IMG/VR virus record: IMGVR_UViG_3300033150_000701
Coordinates: 4,985-68,984 of that record
Strand: one strand, 5' to 3'
DNA: 64,000 nucleotides
Source of the DNA: a virus
A program made the position numbers and the translations under genes. Below the pieces are notes generated by a model. It saw only the letters and a list, made by a program, of their open reading frames with translations. It was not told the DNA's origin and searched no databases. Positions 58,089 to 64,000 of the stretch are shown here, one piece after another. How positions within the stretch are numbered: the stretch's first letter is position 1; every line of letters starts with the position of its first letter.

Positions 58089-59353
58089 TCTATACTCACC
58101 TCACTCAAGTACACATTATTCTCTGGTAACTCATCATAGGGTATCACATCATCAGATGTGATCTTGAAAGGTAAATGACCATCTAACTCTTCAATTAACT
58201 CGTTCCAACAACAAACAACCTCTCCTGCATAGTCAGAATCTACATCACTAAATTGAATTATCAACTCTTTAATCCAATCGAATAGCCTAACGTATGGCTC
58301 ATCACCACTATATGACTGTAAGAAATTAATCACCACTCCTATTAGTGAAGCTAGATCCATCTCTTGAAGTAGCCTATGAACGTAATCTGAATATTTACCC
58401 CAACATGGATCACCTTCACGAGATACGTGAGGGTGATCGTTAAGCATCGATACTTGCTCTAAGTATATTTTGATATCCATATAACTACCGATCTTAACTG
58501 TGTATTCAGGTAAGGGTATACCAGCTAGTTTAAGACCTTTAAGCTTAACCAGTATAAAGCTACTACCAATCTGTAGATCACTAATCTTGTTGATCTTCTT
58601 TAACGAGTCTAGTATGTATCTAAGATCAACGTTGAATCGAACAATATCATCTAAACCACTCATCTCATCATATAGATCACCTAGAGTTGACTCCAGATCT
58701 TCAAGTTGATCACGTAAGCGATCAATCTGTGATTCAACCCTGTCGATCTCCCTCTCTAAATCAATTCTTACATCTTCTAGATTAGACACTATAGATCTAT
58801 AGAAGTCCTGTAACCGTATTATGGTAGATGCATCAGGATCGTCAATCCTGTTAAAGTTAGGAAACAACTTAGTCAGTACATAATCAAAAAACACGTTAAG
58901 CCCTTGATCAGAGTGTAACATGTCATGTTGAAGCCATAGTCTATTGCTACCTTTCTCTCTAATAGCTATACACGTACTAATAGTATCATAAAGTGTTTGA
59001 ACCCACACAGAATCATACTTCCCAGCTTGATTACTACTAGAGTACACAGGTAGAATACAATCACTAACATGACCTGTAAATTCCTGATTACCAATCTTGA
59101 AAGACGCTCTGTTCCTAGTAGGTGGTGAAGTGTTTAACTCATCGGGTACAGCGTAATTGTAAATGTACAAAGTATCGTCTTCATAGCATTCAATGATATT
59201 CGATGTACCAAGGGTGCTAATAATGCATACCTTATCGTAAGGTTGGATCTCTACGTTCCTGAAGTAGTCTATTAAAATCCTCTCAACCTTAGTAGTGGGT
59301 AGAGTTGAGTATATTTTGTATATGAATGATACCTCCATAAGATCACCTTTCAA
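58085..59353 (-). CDS. E2/UBC-like protein, long form with catalytic Cys (N-terminal domain + coiled coil + E2)
   Basis: HPHVSREGDPCWG has the same spacing as canonical HPNxxxxGxxC; adjacent to JAB and E1. Confidence 0.7.
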   Translation of the reverse strand: MKGDLMEVSFIYKIYSTLPTTKVERILIDYFRNVEIQPYDKVCIISTLGTSNIIECYEDDTLYIYNYAVPDELNTSPPTRNRASFKIGNQEFTGHVSDCILPVYSSSNQAGKYDSVWVQTLYDTISTCIAIREKGSNRLWLQHDMLHSDQGLNVFFDYVLTKLFPNFNRIDDPDASTIIRLQDFYRSIVSNLEDVRIDLEREIDRVESQIDRLRDQLEDLESTLGDLYDEMSGLDDIVRFNVDLRYILDSLKKINKISDLQIGSSFILVKLKGLKLAGIPLPEYTVKIGSYMDIKIYLEQVSMLNDHPHVSREGDPCWGKYSDYVHRLLQEMDLASLIGVVINFLQSYSGDEPYVRLFDWIKELIIQFSDVDSDYAGEVVCCWNELIEELDGHLPFKITSDDVIPYDELPENNVYLSEVSIE

Positions 59354-59411
59354 TCAATTGACTTAGATCAATGTAGTACTCACTCATTCCATGACCAACA
59401 TACACATCCAT
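59343..59411 (-). pseudogene. Deletion scar of a long E2-like paralogue (22-aa mini-ORF)
   Basis: MDVYVGHGMSEYYIDLSQLIER = N-terminus like MDVYFGHGMS (62165-63394) fused to a C-terminus like SEYYVDLSRL (60108-61424). Confidence 0.7.
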
Positions 59412-59413
59412 GT

Positions 59414-60121
59414 TTACTCACCTATATCAGAAAGTAGGTTTCTAACCGTCTCTTTGATATCATTCCATGCTTCAAGCAACCTCTTAGTATACGATGGATC
59501 ATCAATGTAGTAGTGCAGCATGTGTTCAACCCATGAATCAAATTTGATAAAGTGATCAAAATTGTAACATTCTAGATACTTTATGAGTTTGGTAACAACG
59601 TCTACTAGATCAAAATGCTCTAGTGAATCACTAAGATCTAGAACCACCAGTGCTATGTTGGTAAGATCACCTGTTCTCGGTACTGAAGGATGTAGTTTTC
59701 CTACTACACCACGCTTCAATTTAAGCTTCAAAATGTAATCGTAACGTATTTCTAGAATGTAAGACGGTAACGGTATAGAACCTACGTAAAAAAGATCGTC
59801 TAATTCAATCTCAACACAGTCCTTGTAGATTTTAACTCCCTTAACCTTATTCAGGTTTCTAAGATCACTAAGCACCTTAGTGAAATCTACAGTATCTTGT
59901 TCAGACCTTAACTGTTCAAGATCTTTATAGGCTGAATCCAACTCATACCTTAAATCATCTAGTTCTGAGTATAAGCGTTTACGTCTGTCTTCTAATTCCT
60001 CTAATCCTTTCTCTAGTTCTAATCTGTGTCTACTTCTATTGATCCCTACAGATTCACAATACAGTTTCAATTGCTCAGCTAACGATCTATGATTCCATTC
60101 TGATTTGCTAAACGATCCCAT
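59414..60121 (-). CDS. E2-like protein, short form lacking catalytic Cys
   Basis: Coiled coil, IPLPSY, HPSVPRTGDLT (Thr at the Cys position). Confidence 0.62.
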   Translation of the reverse strand: MGSFSKSEWNHRSLAEQLKLYCESVGINRSRHRLELEKGLEELEDRRKRLYSELDDLRYELDSAYKDLEQLRSEQDTVDFTKVLSDLRNLNKVKGVKIYKDCVEIELDDLFYVGSIPLPSYILEIRYDYILKLKLKRGVVGKLHPSVPRTGDLTNIALVVLDLSDSLEHFDLVDVVTKLIKYLECYNFDHFIKFDSWVEHMLHYYIDDPSYTKRLLEAWNDIKETVRNLLSDIGE

Positions 60122-61424
60122 GTTCAGTCAGCCTACTCAGATCGACATAATACTCTGATAATTTGTTATCTGGTACTTCACTTACCTTAATAGAACCATC
60201 AATGATCTTGATCGGTACACCATGATAGTAATCCAACATATTATTCCAAGATTGTGCTACCTGCTCAGCTAGATCACTCCTTCCGATCCTCACGTATTGA
60301 TAAGCTAACTCCTTAACCCAATCCATTAACGGTACGTATGGATTGTCATCATCGTAACTCCCTAGAAACCTAATTACAATATTAACTAATGATGCTAGAT
60401 CGAGCTCAGTAATCATGTAGTGTGTGTAATAGGATAACTCACCCCAACATGGATGACCTTCAAGATCTAAATGTGGATGTGCACGTAACATATCAATGTC
60501 TTTAGTAGTGATAGACACGTATAGTTCTTTAGTGATCGTAACTATGTACGGTGGTAGCGGTATATCACCTAGGCTTAGATCATCAAGCTCTATTACTATA
60601 TGATCACTTTGAATAGCAACAGATCTCACCCTATCGATCCTTTCAAGTGATCTTAAAGCACCTTCATAATCAAAAGTGACCTGTACTTTATCTAAGTCCT
60701 CTAACTCCTCCTTTACGTCCTCATATACTTGTTCCAGATTGCTAAGCTCCATTTCTATCTTTGATCTCCTGATCTCCATGTTGTCGATATCTAACTGTAG
60801 TTCACGTCTCCTACCTTTAACACCATATTGAGAAGCATCATAGAAGCATCTAAGTTTCTCACTATCAGATAGTTCATCCCATTTAACACGTCTAAAGTTA
60901 GTAAACAGCATAGACAGCACTAGATCAAGGTATTCGGTAAACGTCTCTCTAGATGCAAACCCAAACACGTTCTGTGTAAGCCACAGTTTATTCGATCCTC
61001 TGCTAAGTACAGCTATAGGTATAGGATCATCCATAGTAGAGATCATAGGAAGATTAGGGAGTTTAGTAAACTCAGAAACGATAGCTTCCACCAGAGTATA
61101 ATCTTGATTATGCTCTCTAGATCTAATTGTAACGCTAAAATCACTATTAGGTTCAAGGTAGTACTTTATGATGTCTTCAGGAACAGGTGCAGACATACAC
61201 CGTGAGTAGTAATGTGTTAAGTCTCTAGGTAGATCACAGTTCAACACATATAGTGTGTTGTCTTCTATTTCAAAGTCTGGTATTACCTGATAATGAACGT
61301 CTACTAGATGCACCTTATCAAAGGTGTCTGACTCTAACAGTTGAAAATAGTTTAGTAGGGATTTTATAGTGGCTTGACTATACGATCCCATACCATAACC
61401 TAAAGACACTTCCATATTAAGCAC
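60108..61424 (-). CDS. E2-like protein, long form with Cys
   Basis: HPHLDLEGHPCWG; paralogous to 62165-63394 and 58085-59353. Confidence 0.7.
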   Translation of the reverse strand: MLNMEVSLGYGMGSYSQATIKSLLNYFQLLESDTFDKVHLVDVHYQVIPDFEIEDNTLYVLNCDLPRDLTHYYSRCMSAPVPEDIIKYYLEPNSDFSVTIRSREHNQDYTLVEAIVSEFTKLPNLPMISTMDDPIPIAVLSRGSNKLWLTQNVFGFASRETFTEYLDLVLSMLFTNFRRVKWDELSDSEKLRCFYDASQYGVKGRRRELQLDIDNMEIRRSKIEMELSNLEQVYEDVKEELEDLDKVQVTFDYEGALRSLERIDRVRSVAIQSDHIVIELDDLSLGDIPLPPYIVTITKELYVSITTKDIDMLRAHPHLDLEGHPCWGELSYYTHYMITELDLASLVNIVIRFLGSYDDDNPYVPLMDWVKELAYQYVRIGRSDLAEQVAQSWNNMLDYYHGVPIKIIDGSIKVSEVPDNKLSEYYVDLSRLTEHGIV

Positions 61425-62154
61425 CTAACTGGATGTATTGATTATCAACTGGACATAGCAACGGTTTAATTACACCATTAAAGATATTGTACGGTATCCC
61501 TTGGTATTGATCAAGAGTATTATTCCATGCGTCAACTATAGCCTTAGAGTATTCAGGATCAGACCTATAGTACAATTGTGATAATTCTCTAATCCACTCT
61601 CTAAGATCAATGTACGACCTGTAATAATTATAAGACTGTAAAAACCTAATCGCTTCTAAGATCACACCTACCAGATCGAAGTCTATAAGCAATTCATCAA
61701 TGTGAACTGAATCCCAGTTTGGTATACAAGCAAAAGAGACATGTGGATGATCGTACTTCAATGAAGTATGCTTAAGGTAAATAATAACAGAGTAGTTATA
61801 TTCGATTCTAACTATGTATGGAGGTAACGGGATACTACCCAGTTTAAGATCGTCTAGTACAAGTTCTAAACAGTCCCTTTCAATATTGATCTCACGTACG
61901 TTACTGATCCCTTTAACCTCTCTAAGTAACTCTTCAAAATCAATGATCGTATCCTGTTGAGCATCTAGTTCTCTAAGTTCTCGTTGAGCAGACTCTAAAG
62001 AGTAATCTAGATCACATAGTTCCTCGTTAAGCGAGTTCATCTCATTTTCAATATCATCTAGCTCTTCTACAAGGTCACCTCTTCTAGCATTAGGACTCAA
62101 ATTGATACTTTCACAGAAACGCTTTAACTGTTCAGCTAACTCAGACATTAACAC
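61417..62154 (-). CDS. E2-like protein, short form (Asn at the canonical Cys position)
   Basis: HPHVSFACIPNWD; coiled-coil N-terminus. Confidence 0.62.
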   Translation of the reverse strand: MLMSELAEQLKRFCESINLSPNARRGDLVEELDDIENEMNSLNEELCDLDYSLESAQRELRELDAQQDTIIDFEELLREVKGISNVREINIERDCLELVLDDLKLGSIPLPPYIVRIEYNYSVIIYLKHTSLKYDHPHVSFACIPNWDSVHIDELLIDFDLVGVILEAIRFLQSYNYYRSYIDLREWIRELSQLYYRSDPEYSKAIVDAWNNTLDQYQGIPYNIFNGVIKPLLCPVDNQYIQLGA

Positions 62155-62164
62155 TCAACCTCCT

Positions 62165-63394
62165 TTAGTTATCCAGATCAATACAATATCTTAACAGTTC
62201 ATCAGTTGATGCTTCACTGACCTCAAGTGAACCGTCAATCTTAATCGGTAAACCATGATGTTGATGTAGCATACAGTTCCAAGATTGTACTACCTGTTTA
62301 GCTAGATCAATCATACCACTCTTTACATATTGATAAGCTAACTCTTTAACCCATAGATACAGTTCCACGTATGGATTCACTTCATCATAGCTTTGTAAGA
62401 ATCTAACTATTAGATTAACCAGAGACACTAGATCAAGATCCATCAGTACTGAATGTGCATAATTAGCTAGATTACCCCAACAGGGTTTATTATCGACGTT
62501 TAAGTGTGGATGATCATGTATCATGTTCAAGTCCTTAGCTCTAATTTCAACGTTGAGTTCAGTATCAACAGTAATTACATACGTTGGTAAGTTGATGTAT
62601 CCAAGTTTAAGATCACCAATCTCGATCTCAAAACCATTTGAGTTGAAATCTATTGACTTGACTTTACTGATGCTGAGTAGTGACCTTAAGATATCATCAT
62701 AATCAAATGTTGTATGTAAGTCTTCAAACGTGTCTAGTTCATCCCTTAGATCCCTGTAGACTTCATTTAGAGATTCCAATTTCTCTTCTAGTTCTTTCTT
62801 TTTAACCCTTAGAGCATCTATTTCTATTAACAGTAAACGCTTATTACCCATAGGGCTTAACTGTGAAGTATCATAAAAGAACTTTAACTTATCAGGTTCA
62901 GACAGAGTATCCCAGTTTATACGTTTTACAACGCTAAACAGTTTATCTAATACTAAGTCAAAAAACTCCGCATAGTAACTAGAAGCTAACACAGGTCTAG
63001 TAATGTAAAGAGAATCTGAATCACGAATTGCAATCGGTATAGAATCAGAATCATCTAATGTAACAAATATAACTTTACATCCCTCATAGTCACACAAGCT
63101 AAACACTACATCATGTTGATCTGAGTAAACGTAGTTCTCGTATAATAACTCAATGCTAGGTGCGTCTAAACATTGACTCTTAAAGTCAGACATACACAAT
63201 GGTAGATCGTTATTGAGGACATACAGGGTATTCTCCTTATGCTCTATCGTAGGTGATTGGTAGTTGCAATCTAATATGAGTACTTTATTGAAACCTTCTA
63301 TTTCTACACCTTGAAAATAGTCAATTAGATTCTTACGTATGGCAGAATCGTAACGAGACATACCATGTCCAAAGTACACGTCCATACTAGTCAC
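62165..63394 (-). CDS. E2-like protein, long form with Cys
   Basis: HPHLNVDNKPCWG. Confidence 0.7.
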   Translation of the reverse strand: MTSMDVYFGHGMSRYDSAIRKNLIDYFQGVEIEGFNKVLILDCNYQSPTIEHKENTLYVLNNDLPLCMSDFKSQCLDAPSIELLYENYVYSDQHDVVFSLCDYEGCKVIFVTLDDSDSIPIAIRDSDSLYITRPVLASSYYAEFFDLVLDKLFSVVKRINWDTLSEPDKLKFFYDTSQLSPMGNKRLLLIEIDALRVKKKELEEKLESLNEVYRDLRDELDTFEDLHTTFDYDDILRSLLSISKVKSIDFNSNGFEIEIGDLKLGYINLPTYVITVDTELNVEIRAKDLNMIHDHPHLNVDNKPCWGNLANYAHSVLMDLDLVSLVNLIVRFLQSYDEVNPYVELYLWVKELAYQYVKSGMIDLAKQVVQSWNCMLHQHHGLPIKIDGSLEVSEASTDELLRYCIDLDN

Positions 63395-63999
63395 CTAAAG
63401 AACTGATCCTGAAACAAATCCTTAAAGTCATTCCATGCTTCAGATACTCTTCTAGTATAGTCCAGATCAATATCCCGATAAGCTTCTATTACATCTTGAA
63501 CCCATAGGTCTAGGCTACGATATGCTAGATCGTGATTGTAATCTTCTAGAAATGTAATCACTTCAGAGATTGCACCCTTAAGATCTAAACGTATAAGCAG
63601 TTCACTGAAATTAGACAGATGAATTACAGATATAACAGTAATGTTACCTGTTCTAGGTACTAGTGGATGTACATTCATAAGCGATCCTTCTTTTAACTCC
63701 AACTGTATAAACCCATAATAGAGTATCTTGAGTATGTAAGTTGGTAACGGTATAGATCCCATGTAGAGATCATCTAATTCGATCTCTACACGATCCTTAT
63801 ACACACTTACAGATCTAACTTTACTCATGCTATTTAGATCGTTAAGCACTTTAGCAAAGTCCACTTCAATACTTACAGATTCAAGTTTCTCCAAATCACG
63901 ATAGCGATCTATTAACTCATAGCGTATATCTTCTAGTTCCTCACGAGTGTTTTCACGTTCAGATCCTAACCTGTCCAGTTCCCTCTCTAGTTCAAGTTT
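63391..63999 (-). CDS. E2-like protein lacking Cys, closest to the short form 59414-60121 (5' end truncated by window edge)
   Basis: HPLVPRTGNIT. Frame is open to the window end (KLELERELDRL...DIRYEL), matching the coiled coil of 59414-60121. Confidence 0.62.
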   Translation of the reverse strand, partial: KLELERELDRLGSERENTREELEDIRYELIDRYRDLEKLESVSIEVDFAKVLNDLNSMSKVRSVSVYKDRVEIELDDLYMGSIPLPTYILKILYYGFIQLELKEGSLMNVHPLVPRTGNITVISVIHLSNFSELLIRLDLKGAISEVITFLEDYNHDLAYRSLDLWVQDVIEAYRDIDLDYTRRVSEAWNDFKDLFQDQFFR

Positions 64000-64000
64000 A

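Larger units (their letters stand above)
1..64000. mobile_element. Archaeal tailed virus (HK97-lineage, siphovirus-like) genome segment
   Basis: Terminase, portal, HK97-like capsid, tail tube and tape measure genes occur with archaeal-type PCNA, RadA, Alba and XPF. Gene packing is dense and nearly all on one strand. No cellular housekeeping operons, integrase or att site are visible. Confidence 0.93.

Noticed and set aside
2635-58709. Numerous short + strand ORFs in the six-frame track
   Set aside because: They are antisense shadows of long - strand genes, Ser/Leu-rich, with no recognisable motifs.
1-64000. tRNA, rRNA, integrase/att sites, reverse transcriptase/DGR, inteins
   Set aside because: None recognisable by eye; PolB, NrdD, RadA and TerL have ordinary lengths. 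tRNAscan/Infernal could not be run.

Overview
The window is most of the genome of a tailed (Caudoviricetes, siphovirus-like) archaeal virus or provirus. Archaeal origin is indicated by PCNA, RadA, Alba, XPF/ERCC4 nuclease, PolB and GGAGGTG Shine-Dalgarno motifs; a class III RNR suggests an anaerobic host. Terminase small and large subunits are on the + strand (237-2049) and everything else is on the - strand. The - strand carries tail genes (2.0-16.9 kb), head genes (17.0-20.2 kb), a ligase/LigD-phosphoesterase block (21-26 kb), a glycosylation cluster (27.8-32.7 kb), NrdD, a displaced portal (36.8-38.1 kb), small accessory genes, an MTase, replication/recombination genes (45-56.6 kb) and an E1-JAB-E2 ubiquitin-like operon that runs off the right edge. 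Three signals stand out. (1) A parS-like palindrome (core TTCAACGTTGAA, consensus TATTCAACGTTGAATA) occurs in 31 hand-counted exact copies, about one per 1.9 kb, half of them inside genes, in a genome that encodes an orphan ParB/HTH protein. (2) An expanding and contracting tandem array of alternating active and Cys-less E2-like coiled-coil proteins lies upstream of JAB, E1 and PCNA. (3) Two AcrIII-1/DUF1874-like proteins lack the catalytic GH motif. All calls come from motif recognition by eye; no database searches were run.
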